Of a stretch of 64,000 bases of DNA, positions 24,388 through 35,746 are shown one piece after another. Every line of letters starts with the position of its first letter. Position 1 is the stretch's first letter. The notes beneath the pieces were generated by a model. The model was given only the letters and a program-made list of their open reading frames with translations, had not been told where the DNA came from and searched no databases. The position numbers and the translations under genes are program-made. The stretch comes from Pristiophorus japonicus (Eukaryota). The stretch spans positions 28,520,001-28,584,000 of the forward strand of contig NC_091999.1 in assembly GCF_044704955.1 (NCBI RefSeq). Reading direction: 5' to 3'.

Positions 24388-24705
24388 ATCCTGAACCGAA
24401 CATCGTTCCTCCAACTGTTCTCCTCACGCTGAGTTCCACTGAACAAATCACCAGCAGCAGATACGCAAGCGCCGTGTGCTCAATCATCGATTTCCGGCCA
24501 AAGTCACTGACCGTGAATTGGCTGAAGAGTGGACAACTCCTGGATTCGGGCTTCATCACATCTCCCATCTTTGAGGTGAACGGGAACTTCTCGACGGCCA
24601 GTCAGCTGACAGTCCCAGCCGAGGAATGGTTCACCGGCTCGATCTACACCTGCCAGGTCACTCATGAAGGAGTCACGCAAAGCCGGAACTTCAGCAGATC
24701 TCAGG
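24388..24705 (+). CDS. IGHM: IgM Cmu2 exon
   Basis: Acceptor CTTGAAG at 24387; VCSIIDFRP...NWLK...YTCQVTH; donor GTAAGA at 24706; phase 1/1. Confidence 0.95.
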
Positions 24706-24834
24706 GTAAGAGACACAATGCCGGGAGGTTCCAGACCATTCTGAGCGCTGACCTCAGTCAGGACTTTTATTGCAATTAGTAAAAAGCAGAGGAATGTTCC
24801 TAATTTCCAATCATGCAGTTCGTGTATTCTTGCG

Positions 24835-25260
24835 ATACAAACTTGCCTTTATACAGCGCCTTTAGCGACCACAGACTAAACCAGAGCGCTTGCCAGCCAA
24901 TGAATTAAGTTGTGAAATGAGGTCACAGTTGTAATATACATAGTGCGGCAGTCATTTAGTGCACAGCAAGCTCCCACAAACAGCAGTGTGATAATGAACA
25001 TTTCTTTTTGTTGAGTGATATTTCTTGAGGGTTAAAAATTCCCAGGCCACCAGGTAGAACTCCTCTGCTTTTCATTGAAATAATGCCAGGGTATCTTTTA
25101 CCTCCATCTCAGAGGCCAGACAGATCCTCAGTTTAACACTTGATCCGACAGATGGCACCTCCGACAGTGCGCCACGTCCCCAGTACTGAACTGGGAGAAC
25201 AAGCTTACATTTTGTGTTCAAGTATCTGGAGTGGGAATTCAATCCACGATCTTCTGGTTC
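24835..25260 (-). mobile_element. DeuSINE copy
   Basis: Reverse-complement homology to 50600-51035. Confidence 0.7.
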
Positions 25261-25439
25261 AGGATTCCTCATTGCTCACGATTTATTAATCTCGCCAAAG
25301 AGGCTTTCCCCTTGCTCTGATGTCAGGCAGTGAGTGAAGTGTCCTCAGTCACAGGTTTATCCTGAGTTGGCTGATCAAATACGGAGCGGCAGTGGGAGTC
25401 TGGAACCCTTTCCTGCCAACTGTCCAGGAATCCTGCTAG

Positions 25440-25955
25440 AATGGGCATCTACCCTATTCAGAGCAATGAGCCCAATTCTCGGCTCTGCACCTCAGGAAGG
25501 ATATACGTGGAGGCGTATATCAGAATTAAACCGGGGCTAATAATGTAAAATGATCAGAGATGAGTATAGAACGTTAAGAGATGATCCAATTGACGTGTTT
25601 AAGTTGATAAATGAAATTAATCGAGTAGATATAGAAAAAATTATTTCGTTTGATGAAAGAGTCGAGAACAAGTAGCAGAACCTTAACATTAGAGTTAGGC
25701 CGTGCAGAGGTGATGTCAGAAAGGATTTCCTCACAGGAAGAATAGTGCAAGTCGGGATTTCACTCCCCAAAAGCTGCTAACGCTTGCTTTCAAATGCAAA
25801 GTTGAAAATTGAGATTGATAGATTTTAGTCAGGCAAAGTTATCAAGGGTTACATAACCAAGGTGTGAAGATGGTGTTGAGTGTTGATCAGCCATGATCTA
25901 ACTGGATGGCGGGACAGGATCGATGGGCTGAATGGCCTCCTCCTGTTCCTATGTT
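25440..25955 (+). mobile_element. CR1 LINE 3' fragment
   Basis: Ends GGCTGAATGGCCTCCTCCTGTTCCTATGTT. Confidence 0.75.
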
Positions 25956-26661
25956 GCTATTAATACCCTGAGGTCACATTTCACTCTGACTTTCTCTCAC
26001 CAGACATGATAAATGTTCAGTAATTACAGAAATTAACAAACTACCTCACATCATTACAACTGATGCCCCACCACAAAGACTCCTTGGAACTCCATTCTCC
26101 CGACCTTGCACTTCTCCTCTGACGGGGGTTGTGACTGGTGACTGCACATTTTCACCCCAACAAATATAGCAGCAAGATTCCAGAAACTTAACTTTGTTCC
26201 TGCAGCCCCAAAATTCCTGAAATTAATTTGACACTGGTTTTGAACCAGTATAATGCTGGTGGAGACCTTTGAACTTCGGGCTATTCGGGCTTCAGCTATT
26301 ATAAGCAGCGGAGATGCATTTGGGTGCAAGGATCTATAGACGAGCTTAAAGGAGCAAGGGATTTCAGGAAGAGAGCTATTCAATGCCTAACACAATTGCG
26401 CCCCAGAGTATTCCCATTTTACACCGGGTATTTGCTTCACAGCCCATTACAGGTGGCTCTGGCTGCAAATACACAAGAAATGTTACAGATCTCCCGGAAT
26501 CGTTGCCAATTCATTGTCATTCTAATAACGCCAGTGTTGAAGCATCAGCGAGAGGTTGATATCTCAAAAGTGATGTATTCCCCTTGAAAGAGTTAAGGCT
26601 AAATATTGGTCTCCTGATTTTGAAGCTGCAGCTTTTCCTGACTTTCATTCCTGTTTCGCAG

Positions 26662-26970
26662 TGGATGTCCCATGCAGCGAATCAAAAATCACTCTTCGCC
26701 CACCGCCACTGGAACAGGTCTTACTGGAGGCGACGGTGACATTAACCTGCGTCGTGTCTGACGCTCCTTATGGGCTCACCGTGTCCTGGACCCGAGAAAA
26801 GGAGGCTTTGAAATCAGAGATTGCCGTCCAACCGGGAGAGGATCCCAACAGCGTGATCAGCAAGTTAAACATCTCGACACAAGACTGGCTGAGTGGGGAT
26901 AAGTTCTACTGCGTGGTGAGCCATCAGAATATGCCGACTCCTATCAGAGATTCCATCCACAAGGAAAAGG
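26662..26970 (+). CDS. IGHM: IgM Cmu3 exon
   Basis: Acceptor TTTCGCAG at 26661; LTCVVS...VSW...FYCVVSH; donor GTGAGC at 26971; phase 1/1. Confidence 0.96.
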
Positions 26971-27889
26971 GTGAGCGGGGAGATTGTTGCAATAAGTGAG
27001 ATACTGTGACTATTTCCGGTGCATGTGCAAGGGCCAATTGATCATTTAAAGTGTTTTATGGGCTACTCTGATCATTCAGTTTGGTAATTCCACGAACTCA
27101 GCACTCTGGGACCTGACATTATGTATTTTAGGGGAAACTGGATAAGTCCATGAGTGAGAAAGGAATAGAAGGGTATGTTATTAGGATTAGATTACGTGAG
27201 CTAGGAGGAGGCTTGTGTGGAGCATACACACCGGCATAGACCAGTTGGCCAAATCTCCTGATTCTATGCAGTAAATTCTATCTAATTTTCCAGACCAATC
27301 CTTCAAGATTTCAGAGAGAAAGATTGTGTTCCCTCTGCTGCGGGATGGAAATCCAGAGATGCCCCAAAGTGGAATAGGAAAAGGGTTAAAATTCAATGCA
27401 GTGTCCATTTCTCTCACATCGAACCACCTAAAATTGGCTGAATTTAAATGGGGAAAGCGAGTTGTGGGCAGTGGCCTCACAGGCCACCCAGGAGAACGGG
27501 AGGATTGGAAGCCGAGTCAGAAGGTCTCGGATCGCGGGGGGTGGATTAGGCAGGGACCCTGGATCCAGGAGGTAGGTGTAAGGGCAATTACCACCTGGGT
27601 GCAGCAGTCCCCGCCTCGCTGTAACTGCAGGGATTTACACAGTGTGTCAAACCGGACCAGCGACAGTTAAACACCAAATGGTGGTTAAAATAGAAGATTC
27701 CAGTCTCATGTAAATATTTTACTCAAATAAAATATTACAACCGGGAGTGGGCGCGTTGAGGTCGGGATTCCGATTTTTATCAATTTAAAAACCTCCACGC
27801 CGAAAACCCGCCCGCTGTATTGATTTAAAGTTTCTCCATTGTCTCCGGAACTGTCCAGTTCATTGGTCTTTATTGTAACTGTTCTACAG

Positions 27890-28281
27890 CGAAAGATCCG
27901 CGGGAACCGGCCTTGTCTGTCCTCCTGCCCTCGGCAGAAGAAGTCTCCGCTCAGAGGTTGGTCAGCCTCACCTGTTTAGTGAGAGGTTTCTCCCCCCGAG
28001 AGATCTTCGTCAAATGGACCGTCAATGACAAGCCGGTGAATTCCGGCAACTACAAGAACACCGAGGTGATGGCGGAGAATGGCAGCAGATCCTTCTTCAT
28101 GTACAGCCTGCTATCCATTGCAGCCGAGGATTGGGCCAGCGGCGCTTCTTACTCCTGTGTGGTGGGACATGAAGCGATCCCTTTGAAGATCACCAACAGA
28201 ACCGTCAATAAATCCAGTGGTAAACCCAGTTTCGTCAACATTTCCCTTGTTCTGATGGACACCGTCAATTCTTGTCAATGA
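27890..28281 (+). CDS. IGHM: IgM Cmu4 exon plus secretory tailpiece ([20 protein letters not shown])
   Basis: Acceptor CTACAG at 27889; [10 protein letters not shown]...YSCVVGHE; internal donor G|GTAAAC at 28219/28220 for the membrane form; tailpiece has the NIS sequon and penultimate Cys. Confidence 0.97.
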
Positions 28282-28309
28282 GAATCTCTCGATTGCATTT
28301 CAGTTCTTA

Positions 28310-28325
28310 AATAAAAATCAATAAA
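28310..28325 (+). terminator. Tandem polyadenylation signals for secretory mu mRNA
   Basis: AATAAA at 28310-28315 and 28320-28325. Confidence 0.75.
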
Positions 28326-29039
28326 GGGCTTTTTTTCCAATCGTGAGTTAAACACACAGCCGCTCAATTAACTATGTTTCCTAGTTTTGCAAATGTGAGG
28401 GCTGTTTATCTGAAGTAGGGTGTTTGCGCGTCTCGGTCCCAAGGCTTGTACAGCCAGCGCTCCCAGCTCAGATACACCATGGTTTGGAGACTGGGTGAAG
28501 TTCTCTCATTACAGGATTCCTGAAAGTAACTTCAGCAGAGATAGAGTAAAGGGTAATTTTAACTCACTGTACCTCTCACACCCACCAGCGAGAGGGGAAC
28601 GGGAAATGCGTAATTAATATAACCCCCACTGCCCCTCCCGCAGGGAGATGGGAAGTGAACCACTCTCCTTTAAATGCACTAAGTTGCCATCAGTACAATG
28701 TCACATTCTAACGCATGGTCTAAAGATTTAAACTTGCCACATGAGTATTATATTCTAAAATAACTTTATTCCATGTAATATTTTTAAATAGGGTTGGGGG
28801 TGCAACAGTCAATGTTAATTGTAAACTCACATGCTGAATTCTAATGGGCCATATCTAAACTGGTGATTGAATCATCTGCGGGTTTCTCACAGTTGTGTCC
28901 CTGATGTTTCTGAGGCCCATCGGTTGAATTGTTGCATTCGTTCGGCTGACGTCACATTGCGCCTCACACAGGACACATTTACACAGAGCAGGGAGAATAC
29001 ATGTGAAAGTGAATTTTTATGTGTTCATATGTAAGTGTG

Positions 29040-30300
29040 CTGATGATTTTGTATAAGTGTGTGTGTTTTTGTGTAAGTGCACAATTACACACAAACACAC
29101 ATAGACTTACATATAAAGACATACGTTAACACTCTGACACATAACTAGAATATAATGAAAACCATCATTGTCAAATCCAGTTATTGGTACTCTCTGAAAC
29201 TTTGAACAGTAGCAATGATACACGTCAATCTAAATGCACACTTACACAACGGACACTTACACACACTTACACACACATATACACACACATCAATCCACAC
29301 AGACACTTACACAAAACAGACCTTCACACATATAAACACATACATCAATCCACACACACACTTACACAAAACACACTTACACACAGATAGACACACATCA
29401 ATCCATGCACACACACTTACAAAACACACTTACACACATATAAACACATACATCAATCCACAACACACATTTACACAAAACACACTTACACACACATAAA
29501 TACACATCAATCAACACACACACTTACACAAAACACACAAACAGACTTACACAGAAATAAATACATACATCAATCCACACACACTCGTAAACAAATGCAT
29601 CAATCCAAACACACATTTACACAAAACACACACACACGCTTACATGCAAACACACTCTTGCACTTAGACACGCACATTAATCAAAACACACACTGACACA
29701 AAACACACACACACAAACACACAAACTTACCTGCAAACCATTGTTACACATAATCACACATACGCTTACACCTAAACGTGAACAACACTGAGACATAGCC
29801 ATACAATTACAGGGAAACACACACCTGAACACATTTACACAAGCATGAACACGCATATAAATCCAAACACAAACGAACACAAAATACACACACACAAACT
29901 TACAGGTAAGCACAATGTTACACGAAAACTCACACACACACTTACACCTCAACATAAACAAACATTTAGACATAACCATACACATACACTTACAGGGAAA
30001 CACACACATGAACCTACATATACACAAGGATACACATACACTTACACATAAGCACACACATGAACACATTTGCACACGCACACACACACACACAAACCCT
30101 TAGATATGAACATGCTTACACATAAAAGTACACACACTCACCTACACCAAATCGCACACTCACAATTAAATATCAATACACACACTTACATATAAACACA
30201 CGCGTTCTTAAACAAAACATAAACAAAGATTTACATACACATACACAATCTTACAAATACACACACGCACAACCCCACAGATCAACACCCTCACAGGGAA
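29040..30300 (+). repeat. Long degenerate (CA)n-rich tract in the Cmu4-TM1 intron
   Basis: Direct reading; source of the His/Thr and Cys/Val pseudo-ORFs. Confidence 0.9.
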
Positions 30301-31002
30301 ATGCAAACACGGACTAATCCAGAACAAGAGATAGTCATACAGTGATATAGACACTAAAGAGCACAAACAAAAACGTCAGGCTACAGAAGAATGTAGAATT
30401 AAGATGCAGTTTTTGGACGGACAAAGTATCCAACACTTGGCCTGAGTAAATAATTCCTGATACCATAATATATCACATTTCACTATTCTGGTCTTACACA
30501 TGCACTGGATCAATGTAGTTGTTGCAAACTGACACAAGTTATTTATGTTCAGAGCATTGCCATAACAAATAAAAAAACAAGGTACAACTCACAACTGATC
30601 TCTTATATAGACTCCTTGGCAGCCTCCAACTAAGTAACTACCTTAACCTAGCGGAAAAATAATCGATATCCTGCTGTAAACCTTCCTCGATGTTTCATCG
30701 TGTTATTCCCGAATGATAGATCGTAGCAAAGTCATCCAAAATCAATTAGCCTCTGAGATGGAAGAAAAATTATCATATTTTCCAAAACGGACTATAGGGG
30801 GATCATGAAGGGAGAGTGGCAGTGGAGTGAGGAACAGTGAGAGATTGCTGAGAGTAATTAACTTAACACAAAATATACATTGAAAGTCCAATTAAAGAAC
30901 AAACTAATACCTTAAGGGAAGGAAAAGAGAATATAAAATAATAGTATGATACCCGGGATTAATAAACGATCTGAATATATTTCCTCCCCTACATCCCCGT
31001 AG

Positions 31003-31130
31003 ATTCCTCAGACCACATCTGGAATGAAGACTATGAGGACGAGAGCGGCAACATCTGGACAACAGCTTCCACATTCATCATCCTGTTCTTCCTGAGCATT
31101 TCCTACAGCGCTGCCGTCACTCTGGTGAAG
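31003..31130 (+). CDS. IGHM: IgM TM1 exon (DSSDHIWNEDYEDESGNIWTTASTFIILFFLSISYSAAVTLVK)
   Basis: Acceptor CCCGTAG at 31002; CART motif WTTASTF..LF.LS..YS..VT; phase 1/0; donor GTGGGA at 31131; not in the ORF track. Confidence 0.95.
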
Positions 31131-31270
31131 GTGGGAAGATTCAATCCGCTCACACTTCCATCTGACTGAAGCCGTTTGACAAATCTCTGGATGTTTCATT
31201 GATAAAAACCCTGAGATAAATGCCCCAGACCACTGAACCTCCGCTTCATTCTTTTATCCCTCTTTTACAG

Positions 31271-31279
31271 CTCAAGTGA
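31271..31279 (+). CDS. IGHM: IgM TM2 exon (LK*)
   Basis: Acceptor CTCTTTTACAG at 31270, then CTC AAG TGA; AATAAA at 31340 and 31522. Confidence 0.85.
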   Translation, partial: LK

Positions 31280-31631
31280 TGTCTGAATTTCGGCCGCCGT
31301 GGATGTTCCTCATCTGTTTATCATCTCTCTGTCACTAAAAATAAAATATGTCCTCTTGGTGATTCTCAGAGTAAAATTCCTTCAGTTACTAGATCAGAAT
31401 CAGTCGCTGAGAAATATATAACTGGGATTTCCGTCTTTCTGTTTGAAATGTGTGCTATAATTGTGTCTGTTATGTAACTGTATCTCAGAGTTTCAACCGT
31501 GCCTTGTACATTTCATGTGTAAATAAATAACTTTTCTCATTCTTATTCACAAGTGTTCCCTTCCCTTTATGCTGAGCCCCTGTTCACTCGCTCTCATGTC
31601 TGTCACAACTGTACAGATAGCGGCAGCTCCG

Positions 31632-32050
31632 ACATAAGAAATAGGAGCAGGAGTAGGCCCTACGGCCCCTCGAGTCTGCTCCGCCATTCAATAAGATCAG
31701 GGCTGAACATCGACCTCAACTCCACTTTCCCGCCTGATAGCATATCCCTTGCTTCTCCTAGGTTCCAAAAATCTAACTATTTGAGCCGTGAATACATTTA
31801 GAGACTCAGCATCCACAGCCATCTGGGGTAGGGAATTCCAAACATTCACAACCCACTGAGTGAAGAAATTCCTCCTCCTCTCCGTCTTAAATGGCCGATC
31901 CTTTATCCTGAGAGAGTGCTCCCTGGTTCTGGACTGTCCAGCCGGGGGAAACAAACCTTCAGCATTTAACTTGTCAAGCGCCCTCAGAATCTTATGTTTC
32001 AATCAGATCACCTCTCATTAATTTAAACTCCAGAGAGTACAGACCCAATC
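31632..32050 (-). mobile_element. CR1 LINE 3' fragment
   Basis: Minus ORF LKIKDRPF-like LRIKDRPFKTERRRNFFTQWVVNVWNSLP; tail ACATAAGAAATAGGAGCAGG. Confidence 0.85.
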
Positions 32051-32609
32051 CGCCTGTATTCGGTTCTCAATGTATTGCTCAGTTATATTCACTTTGTGTT
32101 CACTTTTTTACACTTCCCTGTAAATTGTTTTCTGTGAAATTGTTAATAAATCTGGAATGACAAATTGAAGTAGCTTGAATTTTCTCCATGGCTCCTGTAC
32201 ACAACTCCAATTTCCCTGTCACACTGTGTTTTATTTGCCTGACAGGTATGTTTCACCCGTCCTGACTGGGTTGTGATTGAACCCAAGTCCCATTGGTGAA
32301 GGACCCACGGCGTCACCCAGTGTCCCATTGGAGTAAAGACACCTCTACCACTGCCTTGTTGTATCCAGTCCCAGAGGCGGAATTACGGCACAACGACCAG
32401 GTGCACCATGCAGCCTCCTTTAATATTATTATCTGTCACAGTCACATGGCTGTTAAAAAACAGGACTCAGTTCCGGCACAGATTGTCACAGTTCAGTACA
32501 CGGCAGAGTAAGTCTCCCTTTCAGTGTCCCATCAAACTCTTCCAGGGCAGGTTCAGCACGGGTTAGAAACCTGACACAAACGCCCAAGGTAGCACAACCT
32601 CGCAGAATG

Positions 32610-33000
32610 ACCCCCAATAGGTTGAGCCTGTGCTGGTGCAAGAGAGTGAGCCTGTGCTTGACCAATAGGATGAGCCCGGGCTGGCCCGATAGGGTGAGCC
32701 CATGCTGGCCCAATATGGTGAGCGAATACTGGCCCAATAGGGTGGGCCCGAGCTGGCCTAATAGGGTGAGCCCATGCTGGCCCAATAGGGTGAGCCCATG
32801 CTGGCCCAATAGGGTGAGCCCGAGCTGGACTATTAGAGTGAGCCCGTGCTGTCCCAATAGGGTAAGCCCATGCTGGCCCAATAGGGTGAGCCCAGGCTGG
32901 CCCAATAGGGTGAGCCGGGCTGGCCCAATAGGGTGAGACGGGCTGGCCCAATAGTATGAGCCGGGCTGGACCAAGAGGGCGAGCACGGGATGGCCCAATC
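32610..33000 (+). repeat. 24-bp tandem repeat with a CCAAT box in most units (GCTGGCCCAATAGGGTGAGCCCAT)
   Basis: About 16 units, direct periodicity. Confidence 0.9.
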
Positions 33001-33069
33001 GGATGAGCCGGTCTGGCCCAGGGTCACCAGACAACAATCAGCACAACAAGGCCACTGACTGGTCACAAA

Positions 33070-33280
33070 CATGTGTCCAATCAAACTGACAGACACGCTG
33101 AAGCCCCGCCCTTTTATTATGCCTGCCAAAGGGCCGCGCATGCGCCGCGAGACCCGCCCTGAACAAGATGGCGGCCACTGAGCCCGCTCTCCCAACCTGA
33201 CCAAGATGGCGGCCGCTGTGCCCGCTCCCACGCCCTGACCAAGATGACGGCTGCTGAGCCCGCTCCCCCGGGCATTCACT
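33070..33280 (+). promoter_or_regulatory. CpG-rich promoter-like module: GC box, NRF1 site, three YY1 motifs
   Basis: GCCCCGCCC 33102-33110; GCGCATGCGC 33136-33145; CAAGATGGCGGCC at 33164 and 33202, variant at 33240. Confidence 0.6.
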
Positions 33281-33509
33281 GACTGGGCCTGGAACCGGGC
33301 TGAGATTCGGTTCTTGGGGACGAGCCTGCGGTGTGTGAAGTGGATGGTGCGGAGTGTTGTCTCTCGGCCTGGGCCAGCACTCTGGCTGTGTGTCCCGCCC
33401 GGGGTTTATTAACGCAGGGAACTATTGGTTCTGCACTTTGTGACTAACAGGTGACAAGCCCCGCCCCATCCTGGCCCGAATCATTCCATGCATGTGGTCC
33501 AGAGAAATA

Positions 33510-34595
33510 AAACTGGGGTAAGGCACTTCGGCTGGGGGAGGCATGCATTGGGACTGGGGAAAGGCACTTGGGCTTGGGGAAGGCATTCACTGGGAATGGG
33601 GTAAGGCACTTCGGATGGGGTGGCACACGCTGGGACTGGGGTGAGGCATTTCGGATGGGGAGGCATGCACTGGGACTGGGGTTAGGCACTTCGGCTGGTT
33701 GAGGCGGGCACTGGGACTGGGGAAAGGCACTTCAGCTGCGGGAGGCATGCACTGGGACTAGGGTAAGGCACTTCGGCTGGGGGAGGCATACACTGGGACT
33801 GGCTAAGGCACGTCGGATGGGGAGGCATGCACTGGGATTGGGGTAAGGCACTTGGGCTGGTGGAGGCATGCACTGGGAACGGGGTTAGACACTTCGGCTG
33901 GTGGGGGGCATATGCTGGGACTGAGGTAAGGCACTTCAGCTGGGGGAGGCATTCACTGGGACTGGGGTAAGGCACTTCAGCAGGGGGAGGCATACGCTAG
34001 GACTGGGGTAAGGCACTTCAGCTGGGGGAGGTGTGCACTGGGACTGGGGTAAGGTACTTGGGCTGAGGGAGGCAGGCACTGGGACTGAAGAAAGGCACTT
34101 TAGCTGGAGGATGCATAAACTGGGACTGGGGTAAGGCACTTCGGCTGGGGGAGGCATGCACAGAGACTGCGGTAAGGCACTTCGGCTGGGAGATGCATGC
34201 ACTGGGACTGAGGTAAGGCACTTTGGCTGGACGATGCATATACTGGGACTGGGGTAAGGCACTTCGGCTGGGGGAGGCATACACTGGGACTGGGGTAAGG
34301 CACTTCGGCTGGAGGAGACGTCCACTGGGACAGGGGTAAGGCACGTTGGCTTGGGAAGGCGTGCACTGCGACTGGGATAAGGCACTTCGCCTGGGGAGGC
34401 ATATACTGGGACTGGGGTAAGGCACTTCGGCTGGGGGAGGCGGGCACTGGGACTGCGGTAAGGCATTTCGGATGGTGGAGGCATTCACTGGGACTGGGGT
34501 AAGGCACTTCGGCTGGGGGTGGCCTGCACTGGGACTGGAGTAAAGCACGTCGGCTGGGGAGGGATGCACTGGCACTGGGGCAAGGCACTTTGGAT
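33510..34595 (+). repeat. 41-bp G-rich minisatellite (GGGACTGGGGTAAGGCACTTCGGCTGGGGGAGGCATGCACT)
   Basis: About 26 units, direct periodicity. Confidence 0.93.
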
Positions 34596-34849
34596 GGCAG
34601 TCGCTGTCTTTTGGGAGTTCCGCCTCTGTTTTTTCAGGAAGTCAAAGAGGATCAAGTTACAATTTGCAAGTCAGTGAGACGTTGGGATGGGTGGATCAGT
34701 TACACATTCGAGTGAAAACTCAGGCTGTGGCTTATCCAAAGGAATCAATCATGGAAAAAGGTTGGAGCATGACAGCCATTTATGCAGGAGAAATAAGCGC
34801 GTTCTTTATTAACTCGCTCCCTCCCTCCAGCCATCTCTGACCCCCTGTC

Positions 34850-34998
34850 TCACCCACTGCGCATGCTCAGCTCACACTGCCTGGCTGATTGACGCCAACT
34901 CCCGACCAATAGGGAGAGTAGTTGTGGAGCTGGAGGTCTGGGTAGGCTGTTAGTCTTCCAACCAATCGGCGTGTGCAAGGGGTGCAGCTTGCGGCCCC
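34850..34998. promoter_or_regulatory. NRF1-like/CCAAT promoter module, paralogous to 51580-51690
   Basis: CTGCGCATGCTC, GATTGA, CCCGACCAAT and CCAACCAATC; the last three occur in the same order at about 51585-51666. Confidence 0.5.
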
Positions 34999-35717
34999 TG
35001 TATTGTATAGGGTTAATCACATAGGGTTAATTATGATATTTCGACATTTACAGTGTGTTTCTGCTTCATGCCTCGTGGAATGTTGTTGATGCAGAGAGAG
35101 AGAGAGAGAGAGAGGGACCTTGATGCGCACACCATCTTGTTTATGGGACGGTCGGCGCCTCGAGGTCTCATGCTTTGTTGAAGAACAGCTGGGGCCTTAC
35201 TGATTAGGAGTTGGCCATAAGCCACATGCACCCATGTTTGTTCAATAGTATAATGGAATGGAACTGTCCAGTAGCTCTTTGAACTTCACCTTGAACCGTG
35301 ATTCACGAGCGGTGCCGGGACCCCTAAGGCTCCAGACCAGCCGTAGTTGCGGAGTTCCCGACGGGCCGAAGGCTGTGAGCTTTGTTAAATCTTATTATAC
35401 TTCTTTTTTCTTTGTAATCCTGTATTATGTTTCTTTTCCCTCAGTAAACGGTGTTTTATCTTCACTTCATTTGTCTTGTCTCTTATTTAACATTATTTAA
35501 CAATAATAATTTTGTACTGTCACCAGACGGCATATTTAAGTTTCTGATTGTTCATTGAGTTTGTCCACCCGTTGTTGTGCATTGCGGACCCCTTCAGTCA
35601 GAGTCGAGTTTTGACTTTCGAAAACCTTAACAGCAGTTTTTAACTCTCGGTTTTCTGCCTCACTTTCCTTCATTTGTTAACACATCATCCTGCGTCTATT
35701 ATTATCGATCCAAAATA
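34999..35717 (+). repeat. 5' LTR (contains an inverted gag insert at 35504-35686)
   Basis: Starts TGTATTGTATAGGG, ends ATCCAAAATA; AGTAAA at 35443. Confidence 0.9.
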
Positions 35718-35720
35718 TTT

Positions 35721-35738
35721 TGGTGTCACGAACAGGAT
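35721..35738 (+). other. Primer-binding site, tRNA-Ser(CGA)
   Basis: TGGTGTCACGAACAGGAT versus TGGCGTCACGAACAGGAT, the complement of the vertebrate tRNA-Ser(CGA) 3' end as I recall it (17/18). Confidence 0.75.
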
Positions 35739-35746
35739 CTGGTAAA

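Noticed and set aside
23257-28281. IgW, IgNAR or IgM1gj identity for the C region
   Set aside because: Four C exons, a mu-type tailpiece and a mu-type TM; Cmu2 is present and V is unjoined
29184-30103. His/Thr-rich and Cys/Val-rich ORFs
   Set aside because: Translation of the CA/TG tract
33510-34595. Classical class-switch (S) region
   Set aside because: Lies 3' of TM2 with no downstream C gene in the window; AGCT is sparse; sharks lack canonical S regions
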